Shown: positions 42,018-51,754, numbered from the stretch's first letter. The stretch is DNA of 64,000 bases from Pirellulales bacterium (GCA_963733035.1 CAVTBU010000005.1:960001-1024000), one strand, 5' to 3'. Numbers and translations: made by a program. The notes: generated by a model from the sequence alone, not told the origin.

Positions 42018-42802
42018 GGCCGCGAGCTCCTTGGTACCGCGGGCGCAGATCGGGACGGTGTGGGAGCCGGCGGTGCTGCGTTGTCTTCGACCGGAGCAAC
42101 TTCCAAAGTGGTCGACTTGCGTAGCAATTCGACACTGCCGCGGCTGACGATCACCTCGGCTTCGTAGACATTGCTCACGTTTTGTTCGGCGGCCCGGGCA
42201 ACATCGGCCAGGCTGGCCATTTGAGCAAGATCGGCCAATCCGAGCGCACGAATATGAATCACGCCGCCGGTAGCGTTCTCACGCCGCAGGAGCGATCCGG
42301 CGATCGCCTTAGGGAGAATGCTGGTAAGCCCATCCCCCATCTCGCCAGAGGCCAGCGTACCGGTGGCATTGACCAGTGCCTGATAGCGGCGGAATCGGAT
42401 CAGAGGCTGAAGCGGAGTTGGAGGCAGCGTCAAAGTCGCTGCAGAGCCGTCTGTTCGCTCGACGTCGACTTCGATCGAGTAGTCGACGTCAGTGGGGCCG
42501 GCATGGGTCAGGTGAAACCTCGCATATGGATAGCTCGTGGGCAGTGCAGTGAGATGCAGGTTCCGGAGGTAAGTCTCGAACAGGTTGTGCAGGCGTTCTT
42601 GCAAAACGCTTGGTCGAGTATAGGCTGAGACGGCCACAATCACCGCAAACAGATGCGCGAATAAAAGCAAACTGACCCACGTCCTGGTCTCGACGCTCCA
42701 CGTCGGCTCCGGAGTCTGCGTTTCGGACGGTGCTGTCATCGTCAACTTCTTATCACCCAACGTCGTGTCATGTGTATGGTGGGAATTCACTATGGCCCGC
42801 AT
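42014..42802 (-). CDS. HTTM partner protein (N-terminal TM with His; SdpA/DUF5819-like position)
   Basis: Stop overlaps the HTTM start (ATGA); single TM WVSLLLFAHLFAV. Confidence 0.7.
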   Translation of the reverse strand: MRAIVNSHHTHDTTLGDKKLTMTAPSETQTPEPTWSVETRTWVSLLLFAHLFAVIVAVSAYTRPSVLQERLHNLFETYLRNLHLTALPTSYPYARFHLTHAGPTDVDYSIEVDVERTDGSAATLTLPPTPLQPLIRFRRYQALVNATGTLASGEMGDGLTSILPKAIAGSLLRRENATGGVIHIRALGLADLAQMASLADVARAAEQNVSNVYEAEVIVSRGSVELLRKSTTLEVAPVEDNAAPPAPTPSRSAPAVPRSSRP

Positions 42803-42895
42803 GCCTCCATCGTCGTGGCGAGGCGTTTGGCTTGACGACCGGCGGGATGGGTGTACTTGGCGCGAAAGACCGTCATGACGCGACCATGATTCTAC

Positions 42896-42933
42896 AAAAA
42901 AAGCCGGACCTCAAGGAATGAGGTCCGGCTTTT
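42896..42933. terminator. Bidirectional rho-independent terminator
   Basis: A7-GCCGGACCTC-AAGGAAT-GAGGTCCGGC-T4; on the minus strand it follows the Cys-rich gene. Confidence 0.88.
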
Positions 42934-43063
42934 AAAGCCGTTCTACTCAGTTGAGCCGATCCGCCTGGACCAAAGGCGCCTTCAACTCCTCCGAGCTTAG
43001 TGACTGCGAATGACCAGCGTGCACCATTGCAAGTCACCAGGCAAAATCAACAAGGTCGCGTTA

Positions 43064-43456
43064 TCAGGCACTGGGAGCCGGAGCGGCCGGAGCCTCGGGA
43101 GCTGCAGGAGCTTCAGGGGCCGCCGGAGCTTCGCTACCGCTGCAAGCCGGGGCAGCGCCGCAGCAAGCCGGAGCGGCGCCGGCACATCCACAGCAGCGAT
43201 GCTTGCCAAACAAGCCGTGGCAGCGCTTGCGGCCATGACAACGATGACGGCCGTGGCAACGATGGCGACCGTGGCAGCCACCACAATCGGCACCACCGCA
43301 ATTGCCGCCGTCACATGCCGGAGCGCCACCGCAATCGCAGCCGCAACAACCGTGATGACGGAACAGACCGGCCGAGGCCGTCTTCTCGCTGCCGAGCAGC
43401 GACAGGCCGACGATCGCGAAGAACAACGCGATCCCGAAAACTAACGTGCGATTCAT
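43064..43456 (-). CDS. Secreted Cys/His/Gly-rich repeat peptide
   Basis: AGGAGG RBS, signal peptide ending TASA, 17 Cys and 9 His in 101 mature aa, three CHGR(H/K)R and three EAPAAP repeats, double stop TGA TAA. Confidence 0.85.
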   Translation of the reverse strand: MNRTLVFGIALFFAIVGLSLLGSEKTASAGLFRHHGCCGCDCGGAPACDGGNCGGADCGGCHGRHRCHGRHRCHGRKRCHGLFGKHRCCGCAGAAPACCGAAPACSGSEAPAAPEAPAAPEAPAAPAPSA

Positions 43457-43673
43457 CTAGAATCCTCCTACAGGTATACCGGAACGTACGGGTCCGTAAA
43501 CAAAAACTTGCTTGTTATGCCGTCCTACGTCCTCCGCTTCAACCGTGACGGCACTCGGCTGAAGGTACCTCGAAAACTCTTAAAAACAGGCGGTCCGCTA
43601 GCAGGCAGAAGGGCCCGTATTATAAGTTTTTCCGATTAGACAAATCCTTCTGGATACGCAGTCTAGGCTGCTT

Positions 43674-43701
43674 AAGGTATCACGGTGGGTCCCATTGTCA
43701 A
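43674..43701 (-). promoter_or_regulatory. Candidate sigma70 promoter of the Cys-rich peptide gene
   Basis: TTGACA-N16-TACCTT with an extended TG element, about 218 bp upstream of the ATG. Confidence 0.45.
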
Positions 43702-43996
43702 GCGGCAACAGGATAATGTGCGAGTCATGCGAGTCGCCGGTATTTTGGGCGATAGTTGCTCCCGGTGTGCTGTTCAACCATAGGACAAGTTTCAAGACTG
43801 TCCACTGGATTGGGGGCGCAAGAAGAAGGGCCCCGAATTTCATTTCGGGACCCACCGGCGGGGCGCGATGATAAGCGGAAAGCCTCGCGAGACTTACGTA
43901 ATTTCCATGCCAGCCATTGACGGGCCTGGACCAACCGAATTCGGCAAAATCACCGTATTTTTGGCAGACCCGAAGTTTGGTTTCCGGGCCTCCCTT

Positions 43997-44575
43997 TTAG
44001 CGTATTGTCGGATCGCCGTCGTTAGTGGCCTCGCTCGAGTCGACTTGGATCAGCGCGTCTCGACGCGCAATTTCCTCCTCAGCCTGTTGTTGCTTGCGAA
44101 GCATGTCTTCCGGATCCTCGAAGTTCAACATGATTGGAGCCATATCCGGAAATACACGAGTGGCCATGCCTCTAATTCGCCAATCAGCACTGTCGCGACG
44201 CAAGAGCCAAACGATACGATCGGTACGCGGCCGACCATCGGCGTCCAAATCGGTCCAATCCGTGGCAACCTGAGCTTCGTTACCTTCGATCTCGGATTCC
44301 AGTACCTTAAAGCTGGCAGTGTCACTGCCGGGGGGGGCTACCACCATCTCCATTTCCGTCGTCTTTTGCCGGGCAACCTGGGTCAAGAGCTCCGACGCTA
44401 GCTTGTCATCCCCCTTTTTCACCGCGGAAAGAAACTCGCGGATTACAGCTTCTGCGCCGCGTGCGTCCGATGTTGCCGTCTCGGCCCCAGGTTTGGGTTC
44501 ACTAGATGTGCCACATCCGGAGAGCAATAGCGCCGCGCAAACCGTAGCCGCCAACCAATCCATTCGCGAAACCAT
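43997..44575 (-). CDS. Lipoprotein of unknown function (NTF2-like/DUF4878-like)
   Basis: AGGAGG RBS, lipobox LSGC, FL.Av..GD...A..LL and W.lrr....Wri motifs. Confidence 0.8.
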   Translation of the reverse strand: MVSRMDWLAATVCAALLLSGCGTSSEPKPGAETATSDARGAEAVIREFLSAVKKGDDKLASELLTQVARQKTTEMEMVVAPPGSDTASFKVLESEIEGNEAQVATDWTDLDADGRPRTDRIVWLLRRDSADWRIRGMATRVFPDMAPIMLNFEDPEDMLRKQQQAEEEIARRDALIQVDSSEATNDGDPTIR

Positions 44576-44730
44576 AACTGCCTCCTTGCATGGCCAAACG
44601 CGGTGTGTACGTTGCGATGCCGTGATGCGAAAACCGCCGGCGATTCCTCGGGATGCCATTGGCGGCGAAGTCTCGCAACTTCGGCGATCAGGGTCAAGAC
44701 GAACCGCACCAGACGTGCTAGCAATGCGCG

Positions 44731-46224
44731 TCAGCCTGCCCGCAGACCACGATCAAAAGCATCCTGGTCCCTGCTATACAGCGCCAACACCGACTCGAAT
44801 TGCTCGCTGGAGATATACCAACTCGGCTCGTCGTCAGTGTGGGCATTGCAGTGCGCCACCATCAAGCGGTACATGAATTTGAATAGGTGTCGTGGCACCC
44901 GCAGTCCGCGGAAAGCGTCGACTAGCCGACGATCGTTGACGACCGGATCGAATAGGTCGCGTAGCGTGGGTGAACTGCCCGGAATCGCACAAGCCTTGAG
45001 CCGAGCCGAAGCGACGTCATACAACGCCTCGCCGGTCCATTCGAGCGACGGCACCAAGTTTTGCTTATCCAGTCGCGCTCGCTGGTAAAAGTCGCGGTCT
45101 TCCCGGTCAATGTACTGCGAAAGTTCGATCGGTAGTAAAAGCTTGAAGCCAACTCCGGGGTGTTTGAGGAACTTATTATCGAGCATTGGCCATAGCAGGG
45201 CACGCATCTGTTCGACCGACCCATTGATCAGATGTGGTTCGTCCACTCGATCGACCAGCACGACAATCCCGTTGAATCCGAGCGTCTTTAAGATGCCCTG
45301 AAACTTGGCGAGCAACTCGTAGCGATCGTCCGTACGCTGCTTGCGCGGCAACGGTTGTCCCGACAGATCAACGCTCCGCAACTTAGTGAGCATGCGACGC
45401 AGTTGCTGCGTTGCATGCCTGCCAACGCGCACATTGCGTGAAACGCCGACGGCCAACCATAGCCGACGCACGAATCGGACCAGCCAAGGTAACCACGCCA
45501 CGCCCGCGGCCAGGTACAACCACGGAAACTCAAGCCACTCCCACTTACTCAAGTACACCACGAGTCCAAAAACGGCTGCCGTAGTCGCAATACCCAGGCC
45601 CAGATCCCAGTGTGCAAACCAATTGCGGTAGCGCAATTTCCGCCGCAGACGATTCCAGCGGCCCCGCTTCGTTTCGGCGGTCGATTGATCATAGCAGGCG
45701 GCCAACAGCAGCAGATCGCGGGCTTGATGGTGGTCGAGCGAACGCACTTCCGCCGGATCGAAGGCATTCGTGGGCGGATCACCGCTCTGCTTCGTTTCCA
45801 GGATGCGATCGACTAGTCCGGTCACTCCCAGCGACAGAATCGCGTCCATGTGGTCCCAAAGTTTCCAGTCACTTAGCACCTTGTCGGCTCGGCGATGCCT
45901 TGAGCCGAATCGATCGCGAAAACGATCCAGGAAAGGATTGAAGTCGTCGTACTCAATTACGTACACGCGTCCGTGTGGGTGGGCTTGGTTGTGGTCGCAC
46001 AAATGCCTCACGATTTGAAGGCGCATCGCCGTCTTGCCGGCTCCTTTTTCGCCAAAGACGATTGAGGTGGACGGCTCAATTGGATCTCCGTATATCTTGT
46101 CCCAAGTCGGGTGATGCGTGCTTGAAATGCAATAGTCCTTGAACACCGGATCCGTTTGCGCGTCTTCTTCGGCAAACGGATTAGTGCGAATTCCGTGGTG
46201 TTCGAGAAACTGCTGCGTTTTCAT
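44731..46224 (-). CDS. P-loop NTPase with two TM helices inserted between Walker A and Walker B
   Basis: FGEKGAGKT, two hydrophobic helices at about aa 205-250, VVLVDRVDE. Confidence 0.85.
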   Translation of the reverse strand: MKTQQFLEHHGIRTNPFAEEDAQTDPVFKDYCISSTHHPTWDKIYGDPIEPSTSIVFGEKGAGKTAMRLQIVRHLCDHNQAHPHGRVYVIEYDDFNPFLDRFRDRFGSRHRRADKVLSDWKLWDHMDAILSLGVTGLVDRILETKQSGDPPTNAFDPAEVRSLDHHQARDLLLLAACYDQSTAETKRGRWNRLRRKLRYRNWFAHWDLGLGIATTAAVFGLVVYLSKWEWLEFPWLYLAAGVAWLPWLVRFVRRLWLAVGVSRNVRVGRHATQQLRRMLTKLRSVDLSGQPLPRKQRTDDRYELLAKFQGILKTLGFNGIVVLVDRVDEPHLINGSVEQMRALLWPMLDNKFLKHPGVGFKLLLPIELSQYIDREDRDFYQRARLDKQNLVPSLEWTGEALYDVASARLKACAIPGSSPTLRDLFDPVVNDRRLVDAFRGLRVPRHLFKFMYRLMVAHCNAHTDDEPSWYISSEQFESVLALYSRDQDAFDRGLRAG

Positions 46225-46233
46225 GCGGCGTTG

Positions 46234-46845
46234 TTAGTTCTGCTTGAGGCCTTCGATCATTTCGACGAATGCCCGTTCATTTTCGGCGATGGTTTGATTG
46301 GGCCCGTAGAGCTTGACGAAATAGTTGCCGTTTCCGTTGGTCGAGATAATTGCCGCCAGCATTCGAAAGTTCGGCCGTTCGACTGCCGGGGCCGCCGGAC
46401 CGCGCTGATCTCGGAAGTTGCCCGAGATTTCCACCAGGTGCACGTCCTGTCCGGCAACTTTAATCTGCTTGATCTTGGCCCGCTCGCGAGTGCTACTACC
46501 GTCTGGTTGCGAAAACTGTCCGAACCAGCGGTCAATATTTGCCTCAATGCTTCCGCCCGCTCCCATTACGGTTAGACGGCCGTCGATCTTGTCGCCCTCA
46601 GCGGCCGGAATGGCAAACTCTTGCTCGACGATCCTCGTTCGCGGCTGTTTGCGCACCCACGTTTTGGGTGCGGTGAGTTCGAACTTGCCTTCCGCAATTG
46701 CGAATTTCGCAGGATGATCCTGCGCGGTTGCCACGACGGACGAGGCCCATATGACGACCGCACCGGCGCAGTGTACGAGCGTTCGGCAAGACATAGATGC
46801 CCCCATCGATTTTGAGAGTTTAGAACCTTGAAGTAAGTCGGACAT
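46234..46845 (-). CDS. Secreted hypothetical protein
   Basis: Signal-like N-terminus, P..W, GG..eANI.RW.GQF and yfvKl.GP. Confidence 0.8.
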   Translation of the reverse strand: MSDLLQGSKLSKSMGASMSCRTLVHCAGAVVIWASSVVATAQDHPAKFAIAEGKFELTAPKTWVRKQPRTRIVEQEFAIPAAEGDKIDGRLTVMGAGGSIEANIDRWFGQFSQPDGSSTRERAKIKQIKVAGQDVHLVEISGNFRDQRGPAAPAVERPNFRMLAAIISTNGNGNYFVKLYGPNQTIAENERAFVEMIEGLKQN

Positions 46846-46877
46846 GCGGCCAGACCATCGCCCAAAGCGTCATCAAC

Positions 46878-47699
46878 TTAGCCGCACAGGGAAATCGGCG
46901 TCAAATCAGGCCTTCTGGTCACTTGCTGCTTCGGGTGGCGAAACGGGCTCGATAGGCGCGTTTTGCGCCGAAAAACCAGCGCCAGAATAATGATCAGAAT
47001 GACCGTTACGGCGACCAGCACGGCACTGGCCATTAAGCTTACATCTTTTTTTCGCCTGCGCTTGCGGCTCATTTCGGCCAGCGGAGGCACGGAACCGGAC
47101 GAGGAAACTTCGTGTGGTGGCGGGCTGGGAGCCAGCACTTCGGCGACTCGCCCGCGCGGCAAGTCGGCGGCCGATGTGCCCGCACCTGGAAGCGGCGCCT
47201 GCGGCATCGCTGGACCGGGGGCTACGAGTTGGGACCCGAGTTGTGGAAACGTGGCCGCCGCGCTTCGCCACTCCGACCACCCGTCGCGCCAAACGAGTGA
47301 ACTTGCCCCGACACGACCGTCCTTTATCCAGCCCCGCATGATTTCGCCGGAGGCCGGGCCGAACTGACCGCCGCTAGCCGGCCGCACGTACCACACGGCG
47401 CCTGGCGCTTCGGCGATGGGGTCATTCGCGGTGGTTTCGGTCACCTCCCGCGAGGGCGCGGTCGGCTTGGCCGAAATGGCGACAGCCTGGCTCAACTCCA
47501 CCAGCTGCGACTCATCCAATTCGAGTGACGGTTCGGTCGACGTGCCGTCGTCTCGCGCCGTTTCCGTATTCGACGTTCTCGTATTGTCAGCAGGAACTAC
47601 AACCCTTGCACCACATTTTGGGCAAATGGCCCGCTTGCCACTGAGGAAACTCTTAACGTGAAGTTTATGCCCATTGGGGCACAGAAACTTGATGCCCAT
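46878..47699 (-). CDS. Zn-ribbon plus GYF_2 (DUF4339) membrane protein; probable C-terminal frameshift near 46973
   Basis: CPNGH...CPKC, WYVRP..GGQFGP...W...GRV....LVWRDGW.EW, and a TM helix. Confidence 0.85.
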   Translation of the reverse strand: MGIKFLCPNGHKLHVKSFLSGKRAICPKCGARVVVPADNTRTSNTETARDDGTSTEPSLELDESQLVELSQAVAISAKPTAPSREVTETTANDPIAEAPGAVWYVRPASGGQFGPASGEIMRGWIKDGRVGASSLVWRDGWSEWRSAAATFPQLGSQLVAPGPAMPQAPLPGAGTSAADLPRGRVAEVLAPSPPPHEVSSSGSVPPLAEMSRKRRRKKDVSLMASAVLVAVTVILIIILALVFRRKTRLSSPFRHPKQQVTRRPDLTPISLCG

Positions 47700-47908
47700 C
47701 TTCTATCCGCTTGCCCCAGGAATCCTGCCGCATCACGGTCCTACCGGACCACCGAGTGTGTATTTACCGGGGCAAGGATTGATGTGAAAAAACCCCGGCG
47801 AACTGCCATTATATATACTTTTGGCGCAGCGGTGGAAAACGACAGTTGTCCGCGGTTGGCAGGAAATGCGACCCTAGGAAGGAAAAGCAAGTTGCCGGTG
47901 CAACGTCG

Positions 47909-47938
47909 CGTCACGACAGGGCTCGTCACGACAGGGCT
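47909..47938. repeat. Perfect 15-bp tandem duplication
   Basis: CGTCACGACAGGGCT twice, in a divergent intergenic region. Confidence 0.9.
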
Positions 47939-48125
47939 CTCGCATCGCCAAAATTGGTACAACACATGAGGCCCACTGCTGGGGGCCCCTCAGGAGCCTA
48001 GAAAAATGCGGGATTTTCGCGTCGGAACTTGATTGTTCTGGGCATCCAGTCAAACTACATGCAGGGTACTGGCAGGTCCGCCACACGGGCCGGTCCAACG
48101 TGCAAAACATAGGGGACGTGGCACG

Positions 48126-48746
48126 ATGCAGCAGCAACATGAAGAGGAAGGTCCGCTTGAACTTGCTCTCGTCGGGGACCTGACCGACAACGAAGTCGAA
48201 CTCACTGACAAGCTTTTGGCCGTCGAGCCTGGCGGCGAATGTACGATGTTCATCGATTCGCCAGGCGGAAGTCCGTACTGCGCGATGTCGCTGATGACGC
48301 TCATTCTGGTCCGTGGCCTTCGCGTTACGGGCATCGTTACCGGCGAATGCTCTTCGGCCGCCTTGTGGCCGTTTGCTGCTTGCACTCGACGCTTGGTCAC
48401 ACCATATAGCGTACTGCTATTCCATCCCATGAAGTGGCAGAGTGAAGAGCACGTGGGCTTAGCCGAGGCGGCCGAATGGGCGCGCCATTTCGGCAGTCTG
48501 GAAGATGACATGGACTCCCTGTTGGCCGAGTTGTTCGGGTTGCCGAATAGCGAGATGGAAAAATGGATCAAACCCGGCCGCTACGTTTCGGGAAACGAGA
48601 TCGCCGAAGCGGGCCTAGCCGAGATGATCGACTTGCGAAAGTTTCGCACGTTGGCAGCGGCACCGAAACCGGCCCGGCGTCATCGTAAGCGGGCGTCCAA
48701 CGGCAGTGGATCCGAAGCCGTGCGTCCGGCGGCCCAGCGCCGATAG
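48126..48746 (+). CDS. ClpP/crotonase-fold protease-like protein, divergent
   Basis: IDSPGG, GECSSAA (Ser), LLFHP (His), E..eaGL. Confidence 0.8.
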   Translation: MQQQHEEEGPLELALVGDLTDNEVELTDKLLAVEPGGECTMFIDSPGGSPYCAMSLMTLILVRGLRVTGIVTGECSSAALWPFAACTRRLVTPYSVLLFHPMKWQSEEHVGLAEAAEWARHFGSLEDDMDSLLAELFGLPNSEMEKWIKPGRYVSGNEIAEAGLAEMIDLRKFRTLAAAPKPARRHRKRASNGSGSEAVRPAAQRR

Positions 48747-48766
48747 GTCGAGCCAGTCGAAGCGGC

Positions 48767-49756
48767 CTAGCTGCGGTAGCCGTCGTGGCAGTTCGTGCAT
48801 GACTGCCCAAGTTTGCCGGCCGCCTGACGAGCTTGTTCGTAGTTCCCTTGCAGTGTCGCATCTCGCAATGATAGCGCCTGTTGCTGCATCTCCCGAGCAA
48901 ATTCAACATACGACGCGTCGTCGGCAAATTCGTAGCCCGGTCGGGTAATCACCTCGGCCAGTGCCGCCACGATCTGTGTTTCGTGCAAGAGTTGATCGGC
49001 ATTTTGCTCAAATTGACGCTCACTTCCCACCAGGGGGGTGATGCCTTGCTGTTCGGCCTGATCGAGCCGTTTCATGAGGGCTGATCGGTCTGCAACTCGC
49101 GGCCATTCCAGGATGGTGGATGGTTCTGACAATTGCAGCGATCCGCCGCGGACGAGGGTCTGCAGATCCTCGGCTCGACTGCGGGCCTCGTTGAAGGACG
49201 CATCGCTGGCAACCTTGCAATTCAATCCCGCACGACCAACGAGGTCTCGAAGCGATGCCGCCTCCTGTTTCCAGCGAATTGGTCCGTCGAATTCTGCGAC
49301 AATGGCCAACATGGCGGCCAGCATACTCAACCGTGTCCGGGCCTGTTGGTACTCCCCGCCTTTAAAACGGGTCGCGTTTTGGACGGTCTGCGCCAGCTTG
49401 AGTTGCTGGGCCTTTACTTCGTCCTCGACTGCTTCGGCGGTGATAAACTTCGACCAAGAACCACCTGGCGTGACTTCTCCGCTCGAATTGGCCGCACCTG
49501 GCGAAGTACTGGCCACCGTCAGCGGGCGGCCGTCGGATATTTCGGGACGCGGCCCCTCAAGCTTTTCGCGCGCATCCGAGAAGAATACGTCTTGAATGCT
49601 CTTGGGAAACTTTGGAGGCCGTGCGCGCTTTCGGGGAGGAGCCGCTTCCGACGGTGTAATGACGCCGATCACCAGCGCCATGAGCAGGATTGAGAGCGGC
49701 AACGCCGGCCTAATGGCACGGGAAAAACGACAATATCCAGGTGGTCGGTAGTACAT
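48767..49756 (-). CDS. Secreted class II cytochrome c (cytochrome c'-like)
   Basis: Signal peptide, predicted helical sequence, C-terminal CTNCHDGYR. Confidence 0.8.
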   Translation of the reverse strand: MYYRPPGYCRFSRAIRPALPLSILLMALVIGVITPSEAAPPRKRARPPKFPKSIQDVFFSDAREKLEGPRPEISDGRPLTVASTSPGAANSSGEVTPGGSWSKFITAEAVEDEVKAQQLKLAQTVQNATRFKGGEYQQARTRLSMLAAMLAIVAEFDGPIRWKQEAASLRDLVGRAGLNCKVASDASFNEARSRAEDLQTLVRGGSLQLSEPSTILEWPRVADRSALMKRLDQAEQQGITPLVGSERQFEQNADQLLHETQIVAALAEVITRPGYEFADDASYVEFAREMQQQALSLRDATLQGNYEQARQAAGKLGQSCTNCHDGYRS

Positions 49757-49848
49757 ACCTCGATTATGTTCACGGTCGAGCGGGATGACAACGTGCCTAC
49801 CTGGCTTGTGATGTCAGCAATTGACGGCACCAGGGTATAATTTGCTTG

Positions 49849-50940
49849 ATGCATGGGAAGCCCCACTCTACTCGCCGCGAGTTCCTGACCGGCCAAGCCG
49901 CGGTCGACGCGCTAACGCAATTCGACATTGGCGGTGTCGAGCCCTTACCCCCACCTGCGGCCGCGACCGATCGATATCTGCTGCGGTTGGCGCGGCGTGC
50001 CATGGCCTGCTCGTTCGAAGTCTTCTTAAATGCCGGTCAACACCGGCAATCTACCGCCGCCGCACTCGCTGCGCTCGACCTGGTCGATCGGCTGGAAACT
50101 CAACTGACGGTCTACTGCGAAACGAGTGAAGTGAGCCAACTCAATCTCGCGGCCTCGTTTTCCGCGGTCGAGGTCGAGCAAAGCCTGTTCTCGCTCCTTG
50201 AACTAGCCGTGAGATTGCATCGCGAAACGGGGGGAGCGTTTGACGTGACGGCAGGCCGGCTGTCCAGTATCTGGGGATTTACCAATCGCGCTGGCAGGAT
50301 TCCGGACGAAGCTGAGCTCGAGGCGGCTCGAAGGTGCGTCGGCAGCAACTATCTTGAGCTTGATGCGGCCACTCGCAGCATCCGCTTCAAGCGCCCTGGA
50401 CTTGAAATCAACTTGGGAGGCATCGGCAAGGGCTACGCACTTGATCGATGCGCCGAACAGCTCGAAGGTGCCGGAGTTGAAAGCTTTCTCTTGCACGGGG
50501 GGAGCAGCAGCGTTCTTGCGCGAGGCTCGCATGCCGCCGAGACCGATCTTGGCGGTTGGCTCATCGGAGTCCGCAACCCGCTGCGACCAGACCGCCGGTT
50601 GGGACAATTTCGCCTCCGAGACAGGGCGCTGGGCACATCAGGCTCGGGAACCCAATTCTTCGAGCACGCCGGGGAGCGCTATGGGCATATTCTCGACCCG
50701 CGTAGCGGTTGGCCGGCCAAAGGCGTGTATACCGTCAGCGTGCTGGCACCCACCGCCAGAGAGGCTGACGCCTTGGCAACCGCGTTTTATGTGATGGGAC
50801 CGTCCGCGGCCTCGGAGTATTGTGCAAGCCATCCGGACGTCGCGATGGTGATGCTTTGCCCAGGCGAACGCGCTGGGGCGATTAAGATTGAAACCTATGG
50901 GCTTGCCGAGGGGGAATGGACACTCGTCGAGTTCCCATGA
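49849..50940 (+). CDS. apbE: FAD:protein FMN transferase (ApbE)
   Basis: AM.c.f, SEvS.lN, TGGAFDvT, nLGGIGKGYALD, TSG, GHILDPRsGWP and ADALATAF. Confidence 0.93.
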   Translation: MHGKPHSTRREFLTGQAAVDALTQFDIGGVEPLPPPAAATDRYLLRLARRAMACSFEVFLNAGQHRQSTAAALAALDLVDRLETQLTVYCETSEVSQLNLAASFSAVEVEQSLFSLLELAVRLHRETGGAFDVTAGRLSSIWGFTNRAGRIPDEAELEAARRCVGSNYLELDAATRSIRFKRPGLEINLGGIGKGYALDRCAEQLEGAGVESFLLHGGSSSVLARGSHAAETDLGGWLIGVRNPLRPDRRLGQFRLRDRALGTSGSGTQFFEHAGERYGHILDPRSGWPAKGVYTVSVLAPTAREADALATAFYVMGPSAASEYCASHPDVAMVMLCPGERAGAIKIETYGLAEGEWTLVEFP

Positions 50941-51049
50941 GCCTCGCCGGAAGAGGCCACTAGTTTCGGTCGCAGTTGATTGAACGATCGGGCCGTTTCA
51001 CGCGGATTGCCTAGTTTGACGTATTCCAAGCACCGATCGTCGGGCTAGA

Positions 51050-51754
51050 ATGCCTTCGGATTGGGGCAGCTCTGAACCCGGCGGACTAGGCAAGACTTTG
51101 TTCGACTTACCGCTCGATCACATGTCGTATTTGGGGATCATTATGATCCTCGTGTTCACGGGTTGCGGATTGCCAATACCCGAGGAAGTGCCGATCATCG
51201 CGGCAGGCATTGCGAGTTCCGTCGGGACGCTGAATCCCTGGTGGGCCTTCCTATCGTGCGTCGTTGGTGCCGTTGCCGGCGACTCGGTGTTGTACGCCAT
51301 CGGCTACCATTTTGGGCATTCGCTCGTTTATCGGCACCCCCGCTTTGCGCACCTGTTGCATGCCGAGCGTGAAGCCAAGATCGAACAGATGATCCGAAAG
51401 CACGAAGTGAAAGTCTTGTTTCTCTCGCGGTTCATGGTTGGCGTACGAGCGCCCGTATATCTTGCCGCAGGAATCCTAAGAATTCCGTTTCTGCGGTTCT
51501 TGATCATCGATGTGGTTTGCGCGACTACCGTCGTGGGGTTATTCTTCGGTTTGAGTTATGCCTACGGCGATCGCTTGACACGGCTGATTCGGCAGTCTGA
51601 AATCGGTTTAACGGTTGTCATTGTCGCGGCCGCCGTGGCTGTGACCGCATATTTCTTCTGGCGCCGCCGCCGAAAGTTGCAGCAGGTACTGGAACCGGAA
51701 CTCAGGGACGAGGAAGCGTGCACAGTTGGAGCACGGGATTCCGAATCGCTTTAA
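51050..51754 (+). CDS. DedA family membrane protein
   Basis: GLPIPEE, GD...Y.iG, lSRF.vGvR and AG. Confidence 0.9.
   Translation: MPSDWGSSEPGGLGKTLFDLPLDHMSYLGIIMILVFTGCGLPIPEEVPIIAAGIASSVGTLNPWWAFLSCVVGAVAGDSVLYAIGYHFGHSLVYRHPRFAHLLHAEREAKIEQMIRKHEVKVLFLSRFMVGVRAPVYLAAGILRIPFLRFLIIDVVCATTVVGLFFGLSYAYGDRLTRLIRQSEIGLTVVIVAAAVAVTAYFFWRRRRKLQQVLEPELRDEEACTVGARDSESL

Noticed and set aside
42997..43548. Overlapping ORFs 42997-43329, 43000-43548 and 43010-43444
   Set aside because: Frame shadows of the repeat-rich gene 43064-43456, which has the RBS and signal peptide.
49821..49841. TTGACG...TATAAT as a sigma70 promoter for apbE
   Set aside because: The spacer is only 9 nt.
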